Below, piece by piece: positions 40,131 through 48,371 of a DNA stretch of 64,000 bases (position 1 is the stretch's first letter; every line of letters starts with the position of its first letter). Made by a program: the position numbers and the translations under genes. Below the pieces are notes generated by a model that had not been told where the DNA came from, did not search any database, and saw nothing but the letters and a program-made list of their open reading frames with translations. This DNA comes from an uncultured candidate division Zixibacteria bacterium. GTDB taxonomy: Bacteria; Zixibacteria; MSB-5A5; RBG-16-43-9. The stretch covers positions 2,368,001-2,432,000 of the forward strand of contig OY970208.1 in NCBI GenBank assembly GCA_963713865.1, read 5' to 3'.

Positions 40131-41369
40131 TTACTCCCTTTTCCTTTCCTTAAAAGAAAGCCCGAATCCATAACTTGCTTTACCCTGTATCCTCAGGTCA
40201 TAGCTTTTGACTTTATTTCTAACATCCTGTACCTCCAGAGCCAACTGGAAATTTTTCAAAGGTTCCCATTCCACCCTGGAGGAGACAGCAAAAGATTCAT
40301 CCTTACTTTCCTGTTCCTCGTCGATTTTATACTTGCCATAATCCGCACTGACCGAGAAGACGAAATCTCTATTTAAGGTATAAATGATTTTACCATAAAC
40401 TCCATTACTTTCTCCACCATACCCTCTTCTGAAATTAAGCCCTAAAGCGATAAAGGAATATTCAATCCCGAACCTTATCCGGCTGGAGTTATCTTTTTTA
40501 TACTTAGTTAAATCATATTCAGAAGAGAATCTGAAATTTTTAACAGGCTGATACATTCCGGTGAATCTGTAAAGAGAATAAGGCTCCTGTTTGAACACGC
40601 TGAAGATGGAATTAGAATATATGCTTGGTTGCCGGTATTGATACTCTAAAGAAATATAAAGTTTACCAAATAGTTCTGAGCCACTTCCTCTAAGTGTAAA
40701 GTTTTGAGCTTTCCTGTAAACCAGGTTATAATGAAACTGGCTGAAGAAATCAAATTTCTTATGATAATGAGAAGCGCTCAACCCTATGAGATGTTCCTCT
40801 ATCCATCTATCTCGCACTTTTTGAACGTAACTTACCGCCAGTCTGGTATCTTTCAGATAAGTGGCAGACAACTCTCCACCGAAGATATGGCTTTTCTTCC
40901 AGGTATCTATATCGGTCGATCTTTCTCTGGGAAGCTGAAACCCAACATAACCAGTTAGCTTAATCTTTTCAATAGGCTTGACATCCACTCTCAAACCATC
41001 CATAGTCCCGTTCCCCACCCCCGCATAAAGAAACTGCCTGCCAAGTCTCAGATTTAAAACCTTCTGGATATTTTTCCAGTCTAAATAAGCATTGTAGCTT
41101 TTAGTAGATGGGTCAGTTGAATTCTTGTGCAGAAAATCTGTAGTGGAGCGAAAATAGGTATGAAACGAAATAGTTTTTGTTCCTATCTGGCTCAAGTCAA
41201 ACCTGAAACTCTGATAAGCTCGAAGATATGTAGTTTTCTCTTCAGTATAAAGGTCCCGGGTCTGGTAGGAGTTGAAATAAGTGGAGATATTACTTTTGAG
41301 TTCAGTGGCTGAACTGGATTTGAAAAGTAACAGGATGAGTAAAGATATGGGGATCAGCTTCCTTATCAT
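40131..41369 (-). CDS. Outer-membrane beta-barrel (porin) between two multiheme cytochromes
   Basis: Signal peptide, Tyr/Phe-rich alternating strands, LRLGRQF...DGL; gene context. Confidence 0.75.
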   Translation of the reverse strand: MIRKLIPISLLILLLFKSSSATELKSNISTYFNSYQTRDLYTEEKTTYLRAYQSFRFDLSQIGTKTISFHTYFRSTTDFLHKNSTDPSTKSYNAYLDWKNIQKVLNLRLGRQFLYAGVGNGTMDGLRVDVKPIEKIKLTGYVGFQLPRERSTDIDTWKKSHIFGGELSATYLKDTRLAVSYVQKVRDRWIEEHLIGLSASHYHKKFDFFSQFHYNLVYRKAQNFTLRGSGSELFGKLYISLEYQYRQPSIYSNSIFSVFKQEPYSLYRFTGMYQPVKNFRFSSEYDLTKYKKDNSSRIRFGIEYSFIALGLNFRRGYGGESNGVYGKIIYTLNRDFVFSVSADYGKYKIDEEQESKDESFAVSSRVEWEPLKNFQLALEVQDVRNKVKSYDLRIQGKASYGFGLSFKERKRE

Positions 41370-42745
41370 ATTCGCCTCAATCTAGATAGCCAATCATCTC
41401 CATTATGAATTGTTCCTTGGTGAGGTTCATCAAAAGGTGCACCTATAATTCTACCTGTTTCTGGATTATGGCATTTCCGCTCACAAAAATCGGTCGTCTC
41501 ACCATCTGGTTTCACCAGCATATGAGAGCGCCAGTCTATGACTTTATTATCTTTAATTGCTGCCGCTCTCACCGTGTCAGCCGGAGGGTACTTCCTATAA
41601 TTAACTCTAAATACTTCTATAGTGGCATCATGACAGGCTTCACAACCCACATCGGAATGTTCTTCACCTGCCGGGATTAGCTTATCTGGATGACAATCAG
41701 AGTCAAGGCAGTTAATCGGTGTTAGGGAATGGATTTCATTATGACAGTCAATGCATTTCAGGGAGTAATGTTCTGAATTTCCTACTTGTGCATATATAGA
41801 ATCTAAAGAGGGATTTGTTCCTGTCATAACTGAAATATCTCCTCTTAGAAATCTCCATTCTTCATATTGAGGATATTTTTCTACCTCCTGGCTGACTAAA
41901 GAATCAAAGTCTGTCAAGCCATCCGGATGATAATATCCGGTTTTATTATAATCTGTATAAAACCCCGTATGACATAATCGACATAAATCGTCTGAACTTT
42001 CCAGATCATCTCCAGTAGCAAAATCGTGAGTTTCGACATTACTGGTCCAGATAATTGCCCAGTTTGTCATCATATCCGCCTGTTCAAATCGTTCACCTCT
42101 TAGCAAATATCCCCAGATGTCCCATACATCATCTTCACCACCAATTCCATAAAAGGTTCTAATCCTCACCGCTTTAAAATGACAGGTTGCACAGGTTAAA
42201 TGACATTTTCCGCATTTGGCTTTATCATAATCTTTACCCACTTCAATATTACCATAAGCTTTGACAGGATCCATTCGGGAATTCTTAATATCTTCAATCA
42301 AATAATGCTGACTTGAGAGAAATCCTGCTTGACCAGTATGGCAATTAACGCAGGTGGTAGAAACTCTGGTGGTGTAATTTCTGGTCTGGATTGTATCTTC
42401 AGCACTGAAATTGACCCACCCTCCATAAGTCTTTGGAACATCTGAGTGCCCTTTATGAAAAACTATATCTGTATGACAATCAACACATTTACTAGCCCGA
42501 TGAAGCGAGCGGGCAAATTTATCACGATTCACGTAAAGGGGAACCGTCTCTTCACCAAGAGAAGTAGTAATAATTTTTTTTAAAGTAGAGACGTTGTGAC
42601 AGATAAAACAGGTGTCATTAGATGGGTTATAATAAGGTATATCAGTAGGCTGGGAACGGGTAAGCCGAGATTTGTTTTTTGAACATCCGGCAACCCCTAA
42701 GATAATCAGGCTTATCACCCCTAAAGTAAATAACCTGCTCCTCAA
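41366..42745 (-). CDS. Multiheme cytochrome c lipoprotein (8 CXXCH + CX4CH + CX3CH)
   Basis: Lipobox VAGC; CFICH, CVDCH, CVNCH, CGKCH, CATCH, CRLCH, CIDCH, CEACH; CLDSDCH, CERKCH. Confidence 0.88.
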   Translation of the reverse strand: MRSRLFTLGVISLIILGVAGCSKNKSRLTRSQPTDIPYYNPSNDTCFICHNVSTLKKIITTSLGEETVPLYVNRDKFARSLHRASKCVDCHTDIVFHKGHSDVPKTYGGWVNFSAEDTIQTRNYTTRVSTTCVNCHTGQAGFLSSQHYLIEDIKNSRMDPVKAYGNIEVGKDYDKAKCGKCHLTCATCHFKAVRIRTFYGIGGEDDVWDIWGYLLRGERFEQADMMTNWAIIWTSNVETHDFATGDDLESSDDLCRLCHTGFYTDYNKTGYYHPDGLTDFDSLVSQEVEKYPQYEEWRFLRGDISVMTGTNPSLDSIYAQVGNSEHYSLKCIDCHNEIHSLTPINCLDSDCHPDKLIPAGEEHSDVGCEACHDATIEVFRVNYRKYPPADTVRAAAIKDNKVIDWRSHMLVKPDGETTDFCERKCHNPETGRIIGAPFDEPHQGTIHNGDDWLSRLRRI

Positions 42746-42797
42746 TTATTCCTCCTTTTTCCCCTATACAACCAGTCTTAACTCAATAACTTGCAAT

Positions 42798-42826
42798 AGA
42801 ATAGCAAACAATACTTAAACTGTCAA
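42798..42826 (-). promoter_or_regulatory. sigma70-type promoter of the cytochrome-porin operon
   Basis: Minus strand TTGACA-17 nt-TATTCT with an extended -10 TG. Confidence 0.6.
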
Positions 42827-42879
42827 GAAAAATTATAATATCAGATGGATTTTTCTTGCAACCGTTTTTGAAATTTAAC

Positions 42880-42908
42880 TTGACAAAAATAATCTTACAT
42901 TGTATAAT
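42880..42908 (+). promoter_or_regulatory. Consensus sigma70 promoter of the dockerin protein gene
   Basis: TTGACA-17 nt-TATAAT, perfect match. Confidence 0.75.
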
Positions 42909-43006
42909 AAATCGAAGCCTTTGTATTAACCTGAAAATTTATTGTTGTAATTCTTAACCTGATCTTACAAAAATTTTTGAGAAAAAATGATGAACAGGAG
43001 GTTCCT

Positions 43007-43768
43007 ATGAAAAGAGTGAGGTTGATTTTCTTTTTTGTTTTAATTTCCTGGTTAATCTTTTCATTCTCCATAACTTATGCCCAACAACATCCGAATGATC
43101 CAGGTGGTCCGGATTCGGTTTTTTTCACTCCAAATGACCCGGCTGAGCTTTATTATCCTCTCCCCAGCGGACCCGGTCTGGGATTTATCCATATCTTTTT
43201 TACCAATGATGACTCAGTATCTGGGATTTCAGCTCCTTTTATCTTCTCCGGACCTGTGACTTATGATTCGGTCTCTTTTAGAGATAGTCGGATCCAATAT
43301 CTGTTATATAAGACCGTAAATGAGGACCTGATTAGCCAGAAAAAGATTTTACTCGGTGCCATCCCGGTAGAGGAGGACATAATCGGTCCGGGAAGAGGCT
43401 ATTTAGCAACTTTATGTTTTTCAATAACTGGATATACAGACACAGTTAGAATCGACACCGTATTTTTCCCGCCAACTAACCATCTTACCTTCGTGACCTT
43501 GGAGCCTAAAGGATATACACCGATTTTCACTAAAGGGGTTTTCCCGGTAGTCCCTTTCTGGCCAGGAGATTCCAATCACGATATGATTGTGAATGTAACT
43601 GATGTGATCCATTTAATTAACTTTCTGTTTAAAGGTGGACCTCCTCCCTATCCAATAGCATCTGGTGATGTTAATGCTGATTGCACTGTAAATGTCACTG
43701 ATGTGATCTACCTGATAAATTACCTTTTCAAAGGCGGTCCTGCACCCCAGGCGGGTTGTATCTGGTAA
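43007..43768 (+). CDS. Secreted protein with a beta-sandwich (cohesin-like) domain and C-terminal dockerin type I domain
   Basis: AGGAGG RBS + ATG 43007; signal peptide; duplicated GD.N.D..VNVTDVI.LIN.LFKGGP.P. Confidence 0.85.
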   Translation: MKRVRLIFFFVLISWLIFSFSITYAQQHPNDPGGPDSVFFTPNDPAELYYPLPSGPGLGFIHIFFTNDDSVSGISAPFIFSGPVTYDSVSFRDSRIQYLLYKTVNEDLISQKKILLGAIPVEEDIIGPGRGYLATLCFSITGYTDTVRIDTVFFPPTNHLTFVTLEPKGYTPIFTKGVFPVVPFWPGDSNHDMIVNVTDVIHLINFLFKGGPPPYPIASGDVNADCTVNVTDVIYLINYLFKGGPAPQAGCIW

Positions 43769-43787
43769 AAAGATTTTAATAGAAAAT

Positions 43788-43821
43788 AAAAAAGGCATCT
43801 ATTCTTGAGGATGCCTTTTTT
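43788..43821. terminator. Bidirectional intrinsic terminator
   Basis: aaaaaaggcatc...gatgcctttttt between convergent genes. Confidence 0.8.
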
Positions 43822-43972
43822 GTTTTTGGAAAAAATGTATGGAGTGTATTGCAACAAAGATTTCTATTTATGTAGGAAAACGTTGGGCATAAAACCCGGC
43901 GCTACAATTTTCTTAAACCTTTAATCTTTTCTTCTTATCCCCTCTCTACTGTATGCTGTCTACTGTCTACTT

Positions 43973-44446
43973 TTACTTATGATATTTTCTCCCCTCAATA
44001 ATCGAGAAAGCCCTATAAACCTGCTCCAAAAGAATCAATCTCACCAGTTGATGGGGAAAAGTCATCCTGGACAGTGAGAGCTTGAAATCTGCAGAATTTA
44101 CAACCTCTGGAGATAATCCCAGGGTTCCTCCAGTTATGAAAATAAAATCATTATACCCCTGATTCATCTTCTCTTTAAAAAGTTTAGCCAGTTCTTCAGT
44201 GGAAAGCATCTTTCCTTTTTGATCTAAAATTAAGGAATAGTTTTTCTTATCCAGACATTTCAAAACCCTTTCCCCCTCTTTTTCTAAAACTATCTTTTCA
44301 GAAGAGTGTTCAGTAATCTTCTCATCCTTTATATTAATAAATTCCAGGTTCCCAAATTTACCCAGCATTTTTTGATAATGCTCTAATCCCTCAGCAATCC
44401 AGGACTCTTTAGTTTTACCTATAAATATGAATTTTAGCTTAACCAT
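43973..44446 (-). CDS. rlmH: 23S rRNA (pseudouridine1915-N3)-methyltransferase
   Basis: FITGGTLGL, LSLSRMTFPHQLVRLILLEQVYRAFSI..G..YHK. Confidence 0.95.
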   Translation of the reverse strand: MVKLKFIFIGKTKESWIAEGLEHYQKMLGKFGNLEFINIKDEKITEHSSEKIVLEKEGERVLKCLDKKNYSLILDQKGKMLSTEELAKLFKEKMNQGYNDFIFITGGTLGLSPEVVNSADFKLSLSRMTFPHQLVRLILLEQVYRAFSIIEGRKYHK

Positions 44447-44460
44447 TTATGTTTAAAATT

Positions 44461-44551
44461 AGAGATACTTCGTCCCGCCAAAGGCGGGACTCAGTATGAC
44501 ATACCAAGAAAAATGTCATTCTGAGACCCCGTAGAAGGTCGAAGAATCTCT
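44461..44551. repeat. GTCA-type palindromic pair overlapping the 3' end of the SRPBCC gene
   Basis: agagatacttcg...ctcagtatgaca / tgtcattctgag...cgaagaatctct. Confidence 0.7.
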
Positions 44552-44980
44552 CAGTCCTTCCAATCTTTTCTTTATCTGCTCGGCAAAATACTTCAATTGA
44601 TTCTTAATTTGTAAAGCTGCGGCAGGATTGATTATTACAGACATCGGTCCCAGTCCTGAAACTTCTAATTCAATTTTTACCTTAGTCTTTTTCTTCTCCA
44701 CACTTTCTAAATCGAATCTACCACCCCACTGTATGTATTCGCCTTTAGCGATCCAGGAAAGTGATTTACTCTTTACTTTATTCACATATTCCGGTTTCAA
44801 AACCGGAGTCCGGGTAGTTATTGACATAGGAGATTTTACCTTCCAGATATAAGATCCAGCAGACTTCTCTATTTCATTGACAAATCTCAAACAGAAACCA
44901 ATATTTTTCAAGTCATAGATAAATCCCCAGACAGAAGCTATTGGAAGATTAATACAAATCTCTAATGACGCCTCAGGCAT
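44516..44980 (-). CDS. SRPBCC/CoxG-like (START fold) protein
   Basis: I.LP..SVW.FI.D...IG.CL N-terminus and C-terminal helix. Confidence 0.65.
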   Translation of the reverse strand: MPEASLEICINLPIASVWGFIYDLKNIGFCLRFVNEIEKSAGSYIWKVKSPMSITTRTPVLKPEYVNKVKSKSLSWIAKGEYIQWGGRFDLESVEKKKTKVKIELEVSGLGPMSVIINPAAALQIKNQLKYFAEQIKKRLEGLRDSSTFYGVSE

Positions 44981-46088
44981 AACTGAGCTCTTTTAAGCCC
45001 CTGGGGAATTTTGTCAGCATCTCAATCCCATCCTCTTTTACCAGAACCGTATCCTCAACCCTGGCTCCGCCTATGTGAGGGACTGACAAGACCGAATGAC
45101 CTACAGCTAAGGTCATATTAGAGCAGACCTCCTCCATTATGTCTTCAGCAAAAATTGTGGGAAAAGGAAGCTCCTCGAAATTTAATCCCAGACCATGAAC
45201 AAATCCTCTGATGTAATATTCCCCGAACCCGGCTTTATTGGCTATCTGGTAGGATTTCTCCTCTAATTCAAACAGCTTTACCCCTGGCTTTATCGCCTCC
45301 ATCACTGCTAACTGCATCTGAGAGTAAATCGAATGAAGCTGTTTCTGTTTATCCGTGACTCTACCCAATACGAAAGTTCTGCAGATATCTCCGCAATACC
45401 CTTTGTAAACCGGACCTAAATCTATCAGGATAAAATCTCCTCTCTCGATCTTTTTCTCTGTGGCGGTGCCGTGTATCCACAAAGAGCGGTATCCGGAGTT
45501 TACGAATATCGGGAAAGCGATCCTGTCTGCTCCTGCTTTCCTCATCTGAAATTCCACTTCAAAAGCGATCTCCATCTCCTTTATCCCCTCGCGGATCATT
45601 TTCATTGCCAGCTCCATCCCGGAATCTGCAATCTGGCAGGCTTTTCTGATACACTCGATCTCAGTCTCGCTTTTCCTTTTCCTGAGCTCTCCCAAAACCG
45701 GTTTGGCATCTAAAACCTCTACCTGAGGATTTGCCATCTTGAACCTATCTAAAAGAAAAGCCGGTGTGGCAAACTCCATTTCCACCCCGACTCTGGGATG
45801 TTCGATCCCCAGAGAGCTGAGATATTCGATAATCCTTAACATCATCTCATGTAGAGCCCGGTAGGTTTTGATATTATGTATCCAATTAGTCTTCTTTACC
45901 TCTTCTAATTCGGAAGCGAAGACCATCAGAGTCGGCTCCCCTTGTTTGGGAATTAAAATCCGGGGAGGTTTTCTTAAATCCCCGGTAAAATAAAAGAAAT
46001 TCTCTGGGCTTAAGATCAGAAGAACATCCATTCCAGTTTTCTGCATAAGCTCCTGGGCTTTCCTCACCCTTTCTTTATAAACCTCCAT
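44973..46088 (-). CDS. M24 (Xaa-Pro aminopeptidase/creatinase) family protein
   Basis: NFFYFTG, R..KSE.EI, IDLG...GY.GD..RT, HGLGL, G.RVEDTV. Confidence 0.85.
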   Translation of the reverse strand: MEVYKERVRKAQELMQKTGMDVLLILSPENFFYFTGDLRKPPRILIPKQGEPTLMVFASELEEVKKTNWIHNIKTYRALHEMMLRIIEYLSSLGIEHPRVGVEMEFATPAFLLDRFKMANPQVEVLDAKPVLGELRKRKSETEIECIRKACQIADSGMELAMKMIREGIKEMEIAFEVEFQMRKAGADRIAFPIFVNSGYRSLWIHGTATEKKIERGDFILIDLGPVYKGYCGDICRTFVLGRVTDKQKQLHSIYSQMQLAVMEAIKPGVKLFELEEKSYQIANKAGFGEYYIRGFVHGLGLNFEELPFPTIFAEDIMEEVCSNMTLAVGHSVLSVPHIGGARVEDTVLVKEDGIEMLTKFPRGLKELSYA

Positions 46089-46119
46089 ATTTCCTCCTTT
46101 ACTTCATACTGACCGGCAA

Positions 46120-46519
46120 TCAACCTCCTATGATTTTCACATAAACTTTTCTGCTCCTCGGTCCATCGAACTCGCAGAAATAAACCCCCTGCCAGGTTCC
46201 CAAAACTAATCTTTTCTCCTCGAAAAAAATATTCTGCGAAAAACCTGCCAGGCTTGCTTTTATATGAGCCGCTGCATTCCCTTCGAGATGAGAAATAATT
46301 ATCCTCAAACGGTATGATTTTATTCAGCTCTTTGATAATATCTTTTCTCACGCTCGGGTCCGCATTCTCGTTTATAGTTATCCCGGCTGTAGTATGAGGA
46401 ACATACACACAACATAAACCAGATTTTATCCCGCTTTTTGCGACAACCTCCTGAACCAAATCGGTTATATCCACCAATTCTACCCGGGATGAGGTCCTCA
46501 GGCTCAATTCTTTGATCAT
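46120..46519 (-). CDS. yjbQ: YjbQ/UPF0047 family protein; apparent +1 frameshift at ~46293-46295
   Basis: [17 protein letters not shown] in one frame; [13 protein letters not shown]...LGTWQG..F.EFDGPR.R in the next. Confidence 0.88.
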
Positions 46520-47442
46520 AAAAACAAAGCCTCCACAAAACTTTTGGGATCAAACTCTTCTAAGTCGTCTATTTTTTCACCAATACCTATATACCTGACC
46601 GGAATTTTAAGCTCGTTGGCAATGGCAATCACTATCCCTCCTTTGGCAGTCCCATCTAATTTTGCCAGAATAATCCCGCTAAGACCTACTCCCTGATCGA
46701 ACATCATAGCCTGGGATATTCCATTCTGCCCGGTAGTTGCATCTAACACCAGAAAAACTTCCTGAGGCGCACCTTCTAAACTTTTACCCATTACCCTTTT
46801 TATCTTTTTCAGCTCTTCCATCAGATTGTATTTGGTATGGAGTCTCCCGGCTGTATCTACTATGACTACATCTGTATCTCTGGACAATGCTGATTTAACC
46901 GCATCAAAAGCCACTGAAGCTGGGTCCTGATTAGGCTGACTTTTAATAATCTCCACCCCTGCCCTTTGAGCCCAGATAGAGAGCTGTTCTAAAGCCGCTG
47001 CTCTGAAGGTATCACAAGCCACAACCAAAACTTTTTTTCCCATATCCGAATATTTCTTTGCCAGCTTAGCAATAGAAGTAGTCTTACCAGTTCCATTCAC
47101 CCCTACTATCATAATTATCAAAGGCTTAGCGTCTGGACATGAAGTATTAGTTGAAATAATGGAACCTTCCAAAATTACAAGAATTTCTTCTTTTATTAGC
47201 TCTATAATCTTTTGAGGGTCCTCAATTTTTTCTTCCTTAACTCTGTTTTTTAAATCCTGAATAATCTTCTCGGTAGCTTTAACACCAACGTCACCTTTTA
47301 AAAGAATTTCTTCAAGTTGGTCTAAAAGCTCCTGGTCAATTTTTTTTGAGAGCCCGACCGCTTCCGTTATCTTCCCTAATAAGCTCTTTTTGGTCTTACT
47401 TAACCCCTGTTTTAACTTCTCGATTGAAAATTTAAAAGACAT
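46516..47442 (-). CDS. ftsY: Signal recognition particle receptor FtsY
   Basis: GVNGTGKTTSIAKLA, DTFRAAA, DTAGRL, KLDGTAKGG. Confidence 0.96.
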   Translation of the reverse strand: MSFKFSIEKLKQGLSKTKKSLLGKITEAVGLSKKIDQELLDQLEEILLKGDVGVKATEKIIQDLKNRVKEEKIEDPQKIIELIKEEILVILEGSIISTNTSCPDAKPLIIMIVGVNGTGKTTSIAKLAKKYSDMGKKVLVVACDTFRAAALEQLSIWAQRAGVEIIKSQPNQDPASVAFDAVKSALSRDTDVVIVDTAGRLHTKYNLMEELKKIKRVMGKSLEGAPQEVFLVLDATTGQNGISQAMMFDQGVGLSGIILAKLDGTAKGGIVIAIANELKIPVRYIGIGEKIDDLEEFDPKSFVEALFL

Positions 47443-47444
47443 TT

Positions 47445-47831
47445 TTATTTGATTTTCTCTCTGATATAAGTAATTAAAGATTTAGCCTGATGAAGTGAAT
47501 CCGTAATCTCATTCCTGGAATATTCTAACTGGTAACCCACCGGATAACGACTATCCACATAATATTCGGTGATCTTATTAACTGAATCAATAAATTCTTC
47601 AAATCGTTTATCTATTAAGATGGCTTTGGCTAATAGCTTTCTTAAATCGTGAATCTTCTCTAATTTCCATCCTTTATTAATTAAAAATCCCTTCAGGTAT
47701 TTCTCCAGGGCCTGCTGAATATGAAAAGCCACATTCTCTAAAGCTCGGTCGTTCGTTAACAGAAACTCGGCATCTTCCAAATCTTTCTTCCCCCTATCCA
47801 TCCACTCCTGTACCAGTTTCCTTTTAGCCAT
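47445..47831 (-). CDS. HEPN domain protein
   Basis: FH.QQA.EK.LK, KIHDL, SRYP. Confidence 0.88.
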   Translation of the reverse strand: MAKRKLVQEWMDRGKKDLEDAEFLLTNDRALENVAFHIQQALEKYLKGFLINKGWKLEKIHDLRKLLAKAILIDKRFEEFIDSVNKITEYYVDSRYPVGYQLEYSRNEITDSLHQAKSLITYIREKIK

Positions 47832-48153
47832 AGAGAACCTTCCCCTTTTTAAGAACAGTCCCTATAAAATCGTCTCCCATTTTTAATCTCGTTTGAATCT
47901 CCTTTGGTGTATAGACTAAAAGTGAAATGGCTACCTGACAGTTTTCCTTTTCAACGATATTCCTGATTCTTATGCGTCTGTCAATGGGACGGTCATCCGT
48001 TTTTTTGACAATCAGCAAATCTACATCGCTGTGTCTGGTAGGTTTACCATAAGCGTATGAACCAAAAAGGATGATTTTTTCAGGCTTATATTCTCTCTTT
48101 ATTTTCTCAGCCATAGCCGAGATTAATTTCTTTATGTGGTTATTTCTTTTCAT
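47824..48153 (-). CDS. Minimal nucleotidyltransferase (MNT)
   Basis: LFGSYAYG.P...SDVDL (GSx10DxD). Confidence 0.88.
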   Translation of the reverse strand: MKRNNHIKKLISAMAEKIKREYKPEKIILFGSYAYGKPTRHSDVDLLIVKKTDDRPIDRRIRIRNIVEKENCQVAISLLVYTPKEIQTRLKMGDDFIGTVLKKGKVLYG

Positions 48154-48250
48154 TTTTTCTCCAGTACTTCTCAGGGCTGATTGGTTCTATCATGAAGAAG
48201 TCAGATATTATCCATCGGGGTAGGGATTCCCACAACTACTATAATTTCAC

Positions 48251-48357
48251 CATCATTGCGATGAGTCTTCCCGCATTCTGCGGGACAACAAAGCAATCCT
48301 TCTCATTCAGCGTTGATGGATTGCTTCGTTCCGCCAAAGGCGGAACTCGCAATGACT
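48251..48357. repeat. GTCA-type long palindrome
   Basis: tcattgcga...aagcaatcc...ggattgctt...ttccgccaaaggcggaa...tcgcaatgac. Confidence 0.7.
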
Positions 48358-48371
48358 GGTAATCTTCTCTC

